64,000 bases of DNA from Eledone cirrhosa (lineage: Eukaryota). This document shows positions 1 to 12,362 of this stretch, one piece after another (within the stretch, counting starts at the first letter, position 1; the number at the start of each line of letters is the position of its first letter). Below the pieces are notes generated by a model. That model was given only the letters and a program-made list of their open reading frames with translations, was not told the origin of the DNA and made no database searches. Location: contig OZ024741.1 of the NCBI GenBank assembly GCA_964016885.1, positions 177,878,001 through 177,942,000 of the forward strand, written 5' to 3'. Made by a program: the position numbers and the translations under genes.

Positions 1-218
1 TCATCATGTTTTGCAAATAGTTTCAGGTCATCCATGTAGAACAAGTGATTAATGGTTTTGTCATAGACTTTATATCCATGTTTTGTTTCATTGAGCATTT
101 TACTTAATAGTATAAGTGCGATGCAGAATAAAAGCGGTGATAAAGAGTCACCCTGAAAAATTCCACAATTAATATTAACTTCTCCAGCTTCCAGTGATTT
201 TGTTTCACTATTCAAAAA
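1..218 (-). mobile_element. R4/Dong-type non-LTR retrotransposon, 5'-truncated copy A (RT fragment; continues off the left edge)
   Basis: Nearly identical (about 5 mismatches by eye) to 4415-4630 of copy C; encodes CGIFQGDSLSPLLF and HLFYMDDLKL; its 5' end abuts a (TTA)n tract. Confidence 0.85.
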
Positions 219-245
219 ATATTATTATTATTATTATTATTATTC

Positions 246-2748
246 CTTGAGTCTCACTCATTGATGCTAGTTAACTGGAAAGTCCGTTGGAATGAATATC
301 AAGCCACTACCTGCAGCTTCAGATATTCAGGACGTATCGGAGGGTTCTTGCTGTTCCCAGCAAGCATGCCTTTTGAAGCGTTCCAAAAAGCGTGAAGGGG
401 CCGATTTTCTTTAACCATCCCTGGAAACTTTTGGAGATAGTCCCCAGTGCGCCTATGACAATCGGGATCACTTTGACTTCATGGCAGTTCCAAAACCCTT
501 TTTACCTCCCACTTTAAGTCCTGGTATCGGTTAATTTTCTCCCCCTCCTTCTCTTGCACTCTCTTGTCGAATGGGCAGGCCACATCCACAATCAGACACG
601 ATCTTTTTTCTTTGTCCACAACCACCAGGTCAGGTCTATTGTGTTCCAGTTTCTTGTCCGTCTGTATCCTAAAATCCCACAGCACCTTCACCTGATCGTT
701 CTCTATCACCACCTCTGGCTTATGCTCATACCATTTCTCAGAATGTGTTAAATTGTTTACTTTGCACAGGTGCCAGTGGATCACCCTGCCCATCACATCA
801 TGTCTCCAGCCCTTATAGTGGGTCTGGGCTAGGTGTTTACACTCGGATACAATGTGAGCCACAGTCTCCTCTCTCTCTCCACAGATCCTGCACAGTGGGC
901 TAGCCTCCTCCTTGTAAATATGGTGTTTCAACCACTTCGTTTTGAGGGCCTGCTCCTGCGCAGCCATTAACATTCCTTCTGTAGCCTTTTTAAGGTCTCC
1001 TCTTCTAAACCAGTTCCATGTCTGTGGATCTCTAAATTCAGTTTTCTCAAAGAAGGTACTATGAAGGGATTTTTCCTGAAGGCTGCTCTTTCTCCTTGAT
1101 GTTATTTCCTCCTTGGACATCCCCTGGCCTATTGTCCCCTCCTTCAGTACAGTTCTGAGCATTGGCTCCTTACTATCAGTCACGTATTTGTGTAGGTTGT
1201 TTTTCTCCATCTGAACACAGTCCTCTATGCTGATAAGACCTCTTCCACCCTCAGATCTCCTTAAGTAGAGTCTATCGACATCACTCCTCTTGTGGAACAT
1301 GTTGTAGATAGTCAATAGCTTCCTAGTATTCCTATCCATTTCCTTTTTGTTCAGCAACATTCCATCTCAGGATTCCCGCACTGTACCTAATAATAGACAC
1401 AACTCGGGAATTTACTGCGCTTATGGCATTTCTGCTGTTCAGATGTGACTTCAATACGCTCCTTACTCTCCGAATGTATTCAGTTCTTAACAATTCCTTC
1501 ATTTTTTTGTTCTTTATGCCATCAGCCTCCAGAACGCCCAAATACTTGTATCCTTCCTCATAGTCAATTTCCTTTATCATCTCACCTGTTGGTATCTGGA
1601 TTCCGTTACTTCTGCTCAACCTACCCCTCCTCATCACAATGACTCCACACTTACTAATACCAAACTGCATACATATATCACTGCTGAAAATACGGACAGT
1701 GTCAACAAGCACATCCAACTCCTTCTTACTCTTCCCGAAGAGCTTAAGATCGTCCATGAAGAGGAGGTGATTGATGGTAAGCCCTCCCTTTCCCAACCTG
1801 TATCCTGCTCTCACTTTTCGCAGTACACTGGTCAGGGGCATCAGGGCAAGGACAAACAGTAGAGGGGACAGGCTATCTCCCTGGAAGATACCTCTCTTGA
1901 TCCTCACGCTTCCCAAGGATTCTCCAGTTGATGTCAACTCTGTTTCCCAGGACCTCATACTTTTGCCCAACAACTGTCTGATGTTATCTGCCACCTTGAA
2001 GATCTCCAGGCTTTTGGTGATCCAAGAATGAGGCACCATGTCAAATCCCTTTCTGTAGTCTATCCATCCCATGGCAAGACCAGTGTGTCTCCTCCTGCAA
2101 TTCCCCATTACCATCTTTTCAATAAGTAACTAGTCCTTTGTACCACGTGACTTCTTTCGGCATCCTTTCTGTTCGTCCGGTAACAAGTTGTTTGTGTGGA
2201 GGTGATGGTAGATTTCCTCAGACACAATGCTCGTCAACAGTTTCCACATTACGGACAGACATGTGATAGGTCTATAGTTGGTAACATCATTACCCTTGAT
2301 TCGGTCTTTCATTATCAGAACTGTGGTACCTTTTGTCAACCACTCTGGCACCTCACCTGACATCAAGCAGTCATTGAACATGGTTGTCAGTTTCGGGTGG
2401 AGGGATGTTATATTTTTAATCCAATACCCCTGCACACCATCTGGGCCTGGTGATTTCCAGTGGGTTAGTTTTTTGGCCTGCCCCTTAAGAGTTTCAACGG
2501 TGATACTCAAATCAGTTTGTTGGTGTGCCTGTTCACCGATCTCCTTCTGTACTGTCTCAATCCACACTGCCTGGTCATTATGTCTAACATCCTGCTCCCA
2601 TATTCCTCTCCAGAATGTTTTAGTTTGCTCCGCCCCAGGGATCAAGTCGTTGCCTCTTTCTTTCCCCTCAAGCTGTCCAAACAGCATCTTCTGGTTGTTG
2701 TCGAACATGCGGTTCTGTCTTCTGGTTGTTGTCGAACATGCGGTTCTG
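246..2748 (-). mobile_element. R4/Dong-type RLE non-LTR retrotransposon, 5'-truncated, disrupted copy B
   Basis: ORF pieces 2130-2708, 1332-2114 and 479-1360 give RT motifs (NYRPITCL, WIDYRKGFDMVPH, RGIFQGDSLSPLLF, HLLFMDDLKL), a CCHC knuckle (CRICGEREETVAHIVSEC), RHD, and a restriction-like endonuclease PD..D..K motif (RPDLVVVD...IVDVACP...K). Flanked by (TTA)n on both sides. Confidence 0.9.
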
Positions 2749-2763
2749 ATTATTATTATTATT

Positions 2764-4960
2764 CCAGTTGCATTTATCTTGCTTTATGTTCATACGAGTT
2801 ATCACCAAGTCACAACCAGTGACCTCAAGAGACAACAAGGTCCGCCATGTTCAAGAAAGAACATACATATTCACACATGCATCTTTAGTGTTTAGACTTG
2901 TGATGTACTTATATTGACAGAATCTTCCTTAGTATATGGGCAGTTCCCATTAGTACTATCTTTTGTATTTCTCCTATACGCGGGTTTCCTGGGATTTGCG
3001 ATAAGTAATCATTAGACCCCTTAGGTATCATTCCCAGAGCGCCTACAACCACTGGTATTGTTTTAGTTCTCAATTTCCACATTTTTCCAATTTCTATCTC
3101 CAGGTCCTTATACTTGCTCAATTTTTCAAATGTTTTTATAGATACATTCTTGTCTATTGGAACAGACATATCAATTAGCAGGCATACCCTCTTTTTGAAG
3201 TCCTTCAATATTATATCAGGTCTATTTGCATCTATTTTTCGGTCTGTCTGGATGCTAAAGTTCCACAAGATTGAGATGTGATCTTTTTCAAGTATGGGAG
3301 GTGGTTGATGCTCCCACCAATTCTTTTGATGGGGCAGGTCAAAATACTTACACATTATCCAATGTATGTATTGTGCAGCTCTGTCATGCCTGTTTAGGTA
3401 TTCGGTTGGAGCTATAGGACTGCACATTGAAATTATATGGTCAATGGTCTCTGGTTGTTTTTTGCATACACGGCATAATGGGGTGCATCCATTTTTATTA
3501 TGTTGGCTTGGTAATTTTTTGTTGGTAGACACTGATCTTGTGCTGATATAATCAGTCCTTCAGTCTCCGATTTCAGTCCAGAGGATGCCAACCACTGATG
3601 GGTTAAAGTTTTGTCAACATCAGGATTGTTAGCTCGCTCTGGGTATTTTCCATACAGAGGCTTTTCTTGCTATTTCTTAGCCAGTTTCTGTAGCAGTTCT
3701 TTCTTTGCAGTTACTTTTACCTGCTTTTCTTTTTCTGTGTTTTCCATTTCAGCAGTAAATGGGACTTCTGAAATTTGTAGTCCATTACTGTATCTTTGTG
3801 CATCTTTTGTAATGGAATATGATCTTTTGATGCTTTCGTGTTTCAAAACGAGTTTGATCATCCAATCATGTGATTCCCTTAGATATGTAGATAATCCAAT
3901 TGTTGCAGTTTTCAACGCAATGTCTAACTAGATTAACCTACGTCCTCCTATTTTCCTAGGGAGATATATTCTATCTATATCTGCCTTAGGGTGATGCATT
4001 CTTTGCATGGTTAAGTGTTTTCGAATTTTTGTATCGAGCCTACGGATCTCTGTGCTTGACCAGTTGATGACATTGTAACTGTAGGTTACTACTGGTATGG
4101 CAAGCGTGTTTATGGCATCGATCCTATTCCTTGCATTCAATTCCGTTCTTAAGATTGCTCTTACACTGCGGTAACATTCCTTCCTTATCCTTTCCCTCAT
4201 TGTCGAGTGCTTGATTCCGTCTCCTTCACAAACATATTTGTAAGTTTTTTCTTGATCAAGTTCTCTTATCACGTTCCCCCGATCAAGATTAATGTCTGAA
4301 CTCTTCAGCAGCTTTCCTCTGGTGAACGTTGCTTTGGCGCATTTGTCTAGTCCAAACTCCATTTTAATGTCATCACTGAACTGCTCCACAGTGGATAATA
4401 GCCCTTGCAATTGTTCATCATTTTTTGCAAATAGTTTCAGGTCATCCATGTAGAACAAGTGATTAATGGTTTTGTCATAGACTTTATATCGATGTTTTGT
4501 TTCATTGAGCATTTTACTTAATGGTATAAGTTCGATGCAGAATAAAAGCGGTGATAAAGAGTCACCCTGAAAAATTCCACAATTAATATTAACTTCTCCA
4601 GCTTCCAGTGATTTTTTTTCACTATTCAAAAGGAGTGTCGTTTTCCATGTCTTCATACTGAATGACAAAAACCTCCTGACAACGGGGGATATTTTGAAAA
4701 TCTCTACACATTTTTCAATCCAACTGTGTGGCAAACTATCGAATGCTTTTTTATAATCTATCCAAGCAATCGATAGATTTTTGTGTCTATTATGACAATG
4801 TTCCAGTATCATTTTGTTAACCAGAAGCTGATCCTTACAGCCATATGAGCCTCGTTTACACCCTTTCTGCTCAATGGGAAATAGGTCATTTGTTATCAGG
4901 TGGTCATATGTGTATTCAGTTAGGACTGATGTTAAAATTTTATACATTGTGGTCAAGCAA

Positions 4961-4961
<1 letters not shown>
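2764..4961 (-). mobile_element. R4/Dong-type RLE non-LTR retrotransposon, 5'-truncated, disrupted copy C (different subfamily from B)
   Basis: ORFs 3928-4961, 3670-3915 and 2909-3532: GCKDQLL, WIDYKKAFDSLPH, GIFQGDSLSPLLF, FYMDDLKL, CRVC..ETIDHIISMC, RHD, RPDII..LIDMSVP..K. Flanked by (TTA)n. Confidence 0.9.

Positions 4962-5016
<55 letters not shown>
4962..5016. repeat. (TTA)n microsatellite, about 18 units
   Basis: Direct reading; source of the poly-Ile in ORF 3928..5058. Shorter tracts lie at ~220-245 and 2749-2763. Confidence 0.95.
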
Positions 5017-5017
<1 letters not shown>

Positions 5018-5215
5018 GGGCGGTGAATTGTCAGTATCGGTAGAGGGTCGGACGCCATGATTTGATGCAGGGTGTTACGGCCCTTGCCATTCTGAGTTCA
5101 AATCCCATCGAGGTTAACTTTGCCTTTAATCCTTACGGGGTCGATAAAATAAAGTACCAGTAATGCACTGAGATAATTGCTTGTCTTGTGCCAAAATATA
5201 GAAACAATTATTATT
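5017..5215 (+). mobile_element. tRNA-derived SINE (main dispersed family of the window)
   Basis: AGGGCGGTGAATTG head, A-box-like TGTCAGTATCGG, B box GAGTTCAAATCC, conserved body GCCTTT.ATCCTTACGGGGTCGATAAAATAAAGTACCAG, (ATT)n tail; many copies in the window. Confidence 0.85.
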
Positions 5216-7258
5216 TATTTGAATTCTAATTGTTTGAAATATTGTAATTGCTATACAACTGAAAACCACGCCCTTGTGAATGAGTTTTGGAAGAGACATG
5301 CTTCTCAGGCAAACAGACAGACAAAAGAAATCTGTATCGAATGCTTTATATAATTGCAGTGGAATAATGTATGTCATGAATTCTGACAATTTGGAATATT
5401 AACGGCAAAGCATTATTTAGTAGAAGCTAACGAAGAGACAGGTGTAGAAGTAGATAACCGGGTAAATGATACAGTTGGTGAGAAATAAGGCAAGTAATTA
5501 ACTTTGATGCTTATAGTAGCTGAAAGCTAGAATCTAAATGTTTTTGCTAAGACACTTGACACATTCCTTTCTTTTCAAAATCTTCGTATCTTGACAGATT
5601 AGAAAAAAATACATTTTTTTACTGCAAGGCATAGATGTGTTTGAGCAAAAGAGTGATATACTGTGTAGCCACAAAATAAACTGGATTTTGAAATGTCTAC
5701 ATTGTTACTTTATGGTTTGACAAGTTACATGACCGCTTCCAGTAGGAAATTGAAGTAGAAACATAGGCCGCAGTTGTTGACCACAGACTAATGGCATAAC
5801 TATATTCCTGTTTTCAAACAAGAAGGCATGACTCAGTTTTATCGAAGCTAATATACCTTTGATGCTCACTTTCCAGAGAATGGAAACGCTACGTTTTTGG
5901 TAGTTTTGAACTGGGATTAGAAATGTGATTGAACTCTTTTGACCACCTCACCACCACGTTAATATGTTAGAAAGTAACCTAAATTAAATTCATGTCAATA
6001 CAAGTTACATGTAGTTGGCTGTCTTTTTGACCCTTCCCCTCCACATACATATTTCATCGATCACTCACGAATTACAGTCTACTTAGACAACAGTGAGGGT
6101 AGGGATCTGGCAGACTAATTAGGGTATCATATTAAAAAGGCTTCGGTATTTGCTCCGGTTCATTTAATCCTGAGCTCAAATCTCCTCAAGGCTAACGTTG
6201 CCATTCATCCAATCAAGGTAAGCATATACAGATACTCGCCAGTATTAGTATCAAGTCTTTGACTATCAACTGCGTTCATTCATTCATTCTTTTTTTTTCA
6301 GTTGTTTAGGAAGATATCAACTGTATTCAGACATGGAAAAAGGTAGAGGTCCACATAACTTAAAATTTCCATGTAAAGATGTGTGTCCCGTCGATCCTAC
6401 GAGAGTTAAGATTCTTCATGTGTAATAACATTGCAACTATTACCAGATAAATGCAGTACAAGTGCTATGTAATATAAGATTATAGTCGCCTGGATCTTAT
6501 AATTTGTATATATCTTTCATTTATATTAATGAATGAAGGATACAAGCGAAAGACGACACCGGTGTGTTTAGATGTCGAACGTTGGAAACGAACATTACAC
6601 CGAAATATAAGGATTCACTATCTTAACAGTCAGGGTTGATGTACCCCAACGTTTGACATCATTTAAAACAGGAATGCAGTTAATTACATTGAATTTCATA
6701 CAGGTTATTGAGTATCCTTTAAAATTGTAGTATATACCATGTCTGATTCAGTTTAGGGCAACATGTGAATGGTTAAATTTTGTTAGAGATCTGTCATTCC
6801 TAACGATGACTGACCCAGGTGTTCCAACAACGGAAAAGCCTGCTCATGAAATTTAAAAAAAAAAGCCTGGGGGGTTCCAGTGATGTAGCCTTAAGGTAAT
6901 CCTCGCGGAGAATCAATGTAACATTGACTGACAGTTGGAGGTGCAAATCATCTCCCCTCTAAGTGGACTGGAACATTCTGAATTACAATTTCCTGATCAA
7001 GGACACAATGCGCCGTCCGATCGAATCAATGTACCTTCATACCTAACTAAATACGACATGATATATTGCCTGGTGCCCTACAAATTCCATATTTCATCAT
7101 TATATTTTATATGCAATTTGCATCATAATAGCACTAACTGAAATCTGTTTAACAATTGACTCTTTGCATGGTTTGTGTTTGATATTAACAATAGCCCTGG
7201 CAATATGAAGACAAACGTCAGGGGATTTATAACTTGCACTAATGAATAGGTTTAAAAA

Positions 7259-7358
7259 TAACCTCGGCGGGATTTGAACTGAGATCATAAAGGAAGGTAA
7301 CTCTATGCTTCAAAGCATGGCGCCCAACCCTCTACCGATACTGACAATCCACCGCCCT
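7259..7358 (-). mobile_element. SINE, 5' half
   Basis: Reverse complement of the family head and B box (ACCTCGGCGGGATTTGAACT...CCACCGCCCT). Confidence 0.8.
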
Positions 7359-7362
7359 TATA

Positions 7363-7429
<67 letters not shown>

Positions 7430-7496
7430 ATGTATATATATATATATATATATAGTTAAAAGAATAGAGGTGTAACACACAAGTTATTATATATTA

Positions 7497-7837
7497 TATA
7501 TTGGTAAACGGAATAGAAATTTCTGACAAATTGTTCACAGTTGAAAAATGGTTTAATTAGGAATAAAAGAGTATTAGTGATTGTATGGGTTAGTATTCAG
7601 TTGTGGTTTTAAGTTTTTAAGTTTTTACCGTGCTGTTTGCTCTGATCAGAGCAAACAGCACGGACACTCTATCTCAAAATTATTTTTGAAAAGCATTTAG
7701 AAATGCGCAACCGGTAAAAACTTAAAAACTTAAAACCACGACTGAATACTAACCCATACAATCACTAATACTCTTTTATTCATAATTAAACCATTTTTCA
7801 ACTGTGAACAATTTGTCAGCATTTTCTATTCCGTTTA

Positions 7838-7845
<8 letters not shown>
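7497..7845. repeat. Fold-back inverted repeat (~135-bp arms) of a dispersed repeat also present at 32217-32660
   Basis: 7497-7630 is the reverse complement of 7711-7845; internal perfect 36-bp palindrome at 7628-7663; lies between (TA)n tracts. Confidence 0.9.
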
Positions 7846-7917
<72 letters not shown>

Positions 7918-7998
7918 ATATAATATAATTTAGAGTTTACACTCAATGGGGTCATTTACAATTATTTCAGCTCTAAGAAACATTTCTGAGCAGTATAA

Positions 7999-8282
7999 AT
8001 TAATATATGATAAACACTTACGTGTTTTTATTGTAATTTACAATAAAATAGCTAGAATGAAATATCTTAATTCAAATACATATAGTCTGCTTGTGTCGAT
8101 CTAAAAAATAATAAATCAATACTCACAAACACATATCGGCCTTTTGCCGATATGTGTTTGTGAGTATTGATTTATTATTTTTTAGATCGACACAGGCAGA
8201 CTATATGTATTTGAATTAAGATATTTCATTCTAGCTATTTTATTGTCAATTACAATAAAAACACGTAAGTGTTTATCATATA

Positions 8283-8287
<5 letters not shown>
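7999..8287. repeat. Near-perfect palindrome, ~142-bp arms, 5-bp spacer
   Basis: ...CACATATCGGC-CTTTT-GCCGATATGTG...; arms are reverse complements with very few differences. Confidence 0.92.
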
Positions 8288-8309
<22 letters not shown>

Positions 8310-8322
<13 letters not shown>

Positions 8323-10024
8323 CGAGGATGTGAGTGTGTCTGTGTACAAATTTGGATAACTAAGGCTTTTACAATTACCAACCGAATTTGACCGTATTTT
8401 CTGTGCACGTTGCACAGATCACTAAGCTGGTCACTCCACAAAAATGTTTCCAATCGAGCTACGCTGAGCAATGAAAAATCGATATCAAAATTATCGGTAG
8501 CAAAATTGATGTAAGGGAGATAACCAACTTGATTGACAATCCTTATTAAAAAAAAGGCAAATAAGCAACTTTATTGACAAGCTTTATAAAGAGAGTGAGA
8601 TATGGAGACCTTCGTTTTCAATTTTAAAACAACAATCATTTTCGGACGAAATTTAAAAATATAAACATCAGATTCATTAATATTATTTGTTTCTTGTTTA
8701 TTCTTTGTTGCACTTTCAAAGTTAAAAAAACACTTGTTGTTTTAACTTGTTTCACTATATTAACTGTTAATTTTTGCGTTAAGGGCCTAATCTCGCAGCA
8801 GTCTCGAATTGACGAGAATTTGATGATGGTTTATTTATTTTTAGAACAATCGTTATGGGACTTTTCATTCAAACCATTAGGACCTACAGCTTTTACATTT
8901 TTAAAGTAATTTCGTCCACATTTCAGGCAGGCATTATCTATGCTTCCAGCTGTATTCGTACACATCAAACCTTTTTGACAAGGAAGGAACATGCTGAACA
9001 GGATTCTTCCTGGTTGTCCACGGATATATAAATATATTGATACTGTATGTAATCCATAGGATGCGGTCAACTATCCAGTTGGATTTGTTAAATTCTTTAA
9101 ATCCTCCTGGTTTACCTCCTAATACATTGGTTCTGAAAGAGGGAATGCCAGTTATTTTGCTGAGAAATATCACTCCTCCAAAACTATGTAATGGTACGCG
9201 CCTTGTGGTTAAAAAACTGTCTCCACTTAGTATTGACGCTACCATTCTACCCGGATGTGGAAAAGGCGAGGATGTGATAATAACAAAAATTAGCCTGACT
9301 ACGTCAGGCGTGAATACTCCCTTCTCCTTTCGCCGAACCCAATTTCACCTTCGTGTTGCCTTACCGATGTCCATAAACAAGTCACAAGGTCAAACTCTGT
9401 CCGTCACTGGAATTCACTTGGATGAACCTTGCTTTTCGCACGGACAATTCTACGTTGCCAGCTCACGAGTTGGCTGTCGAGATAATCTCTTTGCGTTTGT
9501 TCCGAAAATAAAAACAAAGAATATCGTCTATCCTGAAGTGCTTTAGTGTTAACAAAAACACTTATTACAGCACTGCCTTGACTTCACCTTACTTATTACA
9601 AAACATACCAATGAATATGTCATGCAGGATATTTTGGATTATAAGTTAAAAATGTAACCATACACAGCAAAGGACGCTCTCAAAGAATAGATTTTCTCTT
9701 ATTATACTCTCATTGTTTTTTTGTTTGTATACAACTCTGCTTTAATAACAACTTTTGTACTTTAGCAAAACTGCCTGTTTTTTTACAGATTTTCAACGTG
9801 TATTGTCTTTAATCATTTGTATAACTACATCCTGTTCAGTGTTTTCCTTCATTATCAACATAGTTTTGTGTACAAAGATTGCACTAAATATTCGTTTGCA
9901 TTAATTATTGAAGACTTCTGCTTATTTTGACAGGTTGGGGACAAATAATGTTCTTCTTTTACTTCTTAGCTGTATATTCTTACCATAATTTCAAACCGCG
10001 ATAAACGCCGGGTAAATCTGCTAG
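8310..10024 (+). mobile_element. Helitron, internally deleted, with C-terminal PIF1 helicase remnant
   Basis: ORF 9037-9546 (PPGLPP, LLRNI..KLCNGTRL, MSINKSQGQTL, CFSHGQFYVASSRV, TKNIVYPEVL); 3' GC-rich hairpin then CTAG|T at 10021-10024; 5' TATATAAAAGCGAG head. Confidence 0.85.
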
Positions 10025-10036
10025 TATATATATATG

Positions 10037-10179
<143 letters not shown>

Positions 10180-11045
10180 TGAATATGTAAAACCTGTTTT
10201 TCAGGAAACGTTTAATTGACAACAAATATTGGCTTCAATTATATGAGCGAAGATTATGATGTTGCACTTGAATATCTTTATTAAATCAATATTGTTGCCA
10301 TGCATATTCTAACTTCTCAGTTAATATGTTCACATATCTTCATGATTTTGTTGAAATAAGGTTTACGATTTAGAGCGTTTTCTGAGGGATATCCAGTTAT
10401 TAGGTTTCGAATAGAAACAAGAATGTTAACAAATACGTCATTGCTAAGCCTCGTATGGCCTGGGCCATACTCCGTTGAGAAGTTGTGTTACATCTACCAC
10501 TAAATTTGGAGTTCCCAGTAATGATTACAATTCCTCAATTGGCAACAATAATTCCAGAATCTCTTTTAGAAAATTCTATTTTTGAACGGGTTAATATCAA
10601 TATATATTTTACCGTATAATTGTTGTTGAGTAATAAATGATATAAAATTAAAGAAATAATAATTTCAATAACGTTTGAAAGGATTGCATGTGTTATATAA
10701 AGTGTATATATTGAAGCACAGTCTTATATACAGGTACTTCGAACCGTTCCAATCGCAAAAGAGATGTGAAAACAAGATATATTTCGCCTAAGGACAATTT
10801 AGGCATAGAAAGCTATAGGTCTAACGTTCTATTGTTGTTAAACGTCAATAGCATCAAAGTGTCTGTATATATGACTAAATAAATACTCTGCCAGTAAGCT
10901 CTGTGTAGATTTTTCCATGCTTAGCAGAAATTGTAAAATCACTATTTTGTAAAATCACTATTGCTTACAAAATACTCAAAGGAGTAGTCAAGTATATTAA
11001 AACCTAGTTTTAAAATTAAATGGTTAATAATATTCGAAACAACAC

Positions 11046-11079
<34 letters not shown>

Positions 11080-11082
<3 letters not shown>

Positions 11083-12362
11083 GGCGGGGCATAATTCCTG
11101 TTACAAAGTTTTAAATCAATTTAAAAATACATTATGTTGCTAATATAACTAATATATTTGTATCAAATCCATGCACTATAACCATATTAACTATTTTTCA
11201 GAACATTACGCCATTAACAATTTGCAATGTCCATAGAATTGAAAAAAAAGTTCATAATAGAGAAGCATGAAAAAGGCCTGACTCCACCCGATCGATATAT
11301 TTAAACTGGGGAAAACTCTTAAGATCAATAGAATGTTGATCAAAAGGACAATCAATCGATTTAAGGAAACTTACTCAACCAAAGACAGACCTCGATCAGG
11401 ACGCCCTTGCACCTCAAGAACACCAAAACTCGTTAAAAGTGTGAGGGAAAAATAAGGCGTAATCCAAGAAGGTCCATGAGAAAAATAGCAGAAGAATCAG
11501 AAACACCGCCGAGAACTATGCAGATGATATGTCGAGATGATCTGGGGATGTCACCCTATAAGTTCCAAAAGAGGCAGCTTCTTTCTGCAGCCTCAATTGA
11601 AAAGAGGCTCTCCAAAAATAAAATGTATTTGAACCGTATCAAGGATGGCACGCTGCAAAACATCATCTCTACAGATGAGAAGTTATTCACTGTGCAGTAG
11701 TCTCACAATCATCAAAATGATCGAGTATTTGCAAAAAGTCACCAATCGATTCCTTCAAGTGTAGGAAAATTGTTCAGAACACAGAAACCAGCATCACTTA
11801 TGGTTTGGGCAGCCATTTTTGAAAGAGGGAAGTCTCCTCTGATTTTTGTGCCTCTAGGAGTTTAAAATTAACAAAGAACTTTACATAAAGGATATTTTGG
11901 AAGGAGCACTGATGCCATGGTGCACATCTGTTTATGGCGATGACATTTGGACTCTCCAACAAGATGGAACGACAAGCCACACTGCTAGCGTAACACAACA
12001 ATGTTGTAGCGACCACTGTCCTGTATGGAAGCGTGGCCTCCCACATCACCAGATCTCAACCCTCTCGATTTTTCTTTATGGTCAATTCTTGAGAGTGAAG
12101 CCTGCTCTACTCCTAGCCAAAATATTGAAACTCTAAAATCAAAACTGAATAAAGTATGGAAGAAAATACCCATGGGAAGTGTTCATGCAGCCATCGAAGA
12201 CTTTCCTAGAAGACTTCGAGCGGTAGTGAGAGTTAGAGGAAATAATTTTGAATAAATCTTTGTGCAGTTACTTACTATTTGTTAATGTCAGATCTTGAAA
12301 TAAATGTTTTTTTCAAGAACTATTTGCATTTTATTTTGTATCAGTTTTTGTGCCACACCCTG
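11080..12362 (+). mobile_element. Tc1/mariner DNA transposon, maT/DD37D-like, full length, pseudogenised transposase
   Basis: Imperfect ~28-bp TIRs (CAGGGCGGGGCATAA... / ...TTGTGCCACACCCTG), TA on both sides; catalytic motifs STDEKLF, QQDG..SH and WPPTSPDLNPLDF spread over frameshifted ORFs. Confidence 0.88.

Noticed and set aside
6800-7060. Old SINE-like relics (also ~6097-6260, ~12700-12800, ~30030-30155)
   Set aside because: Too decayed to delimit or classify by eye; not listed as features.
9037-9546. Host PIF1 helicase gene
   Set aside because: Intronless C-terminal fragment bounded by Helitron termini.
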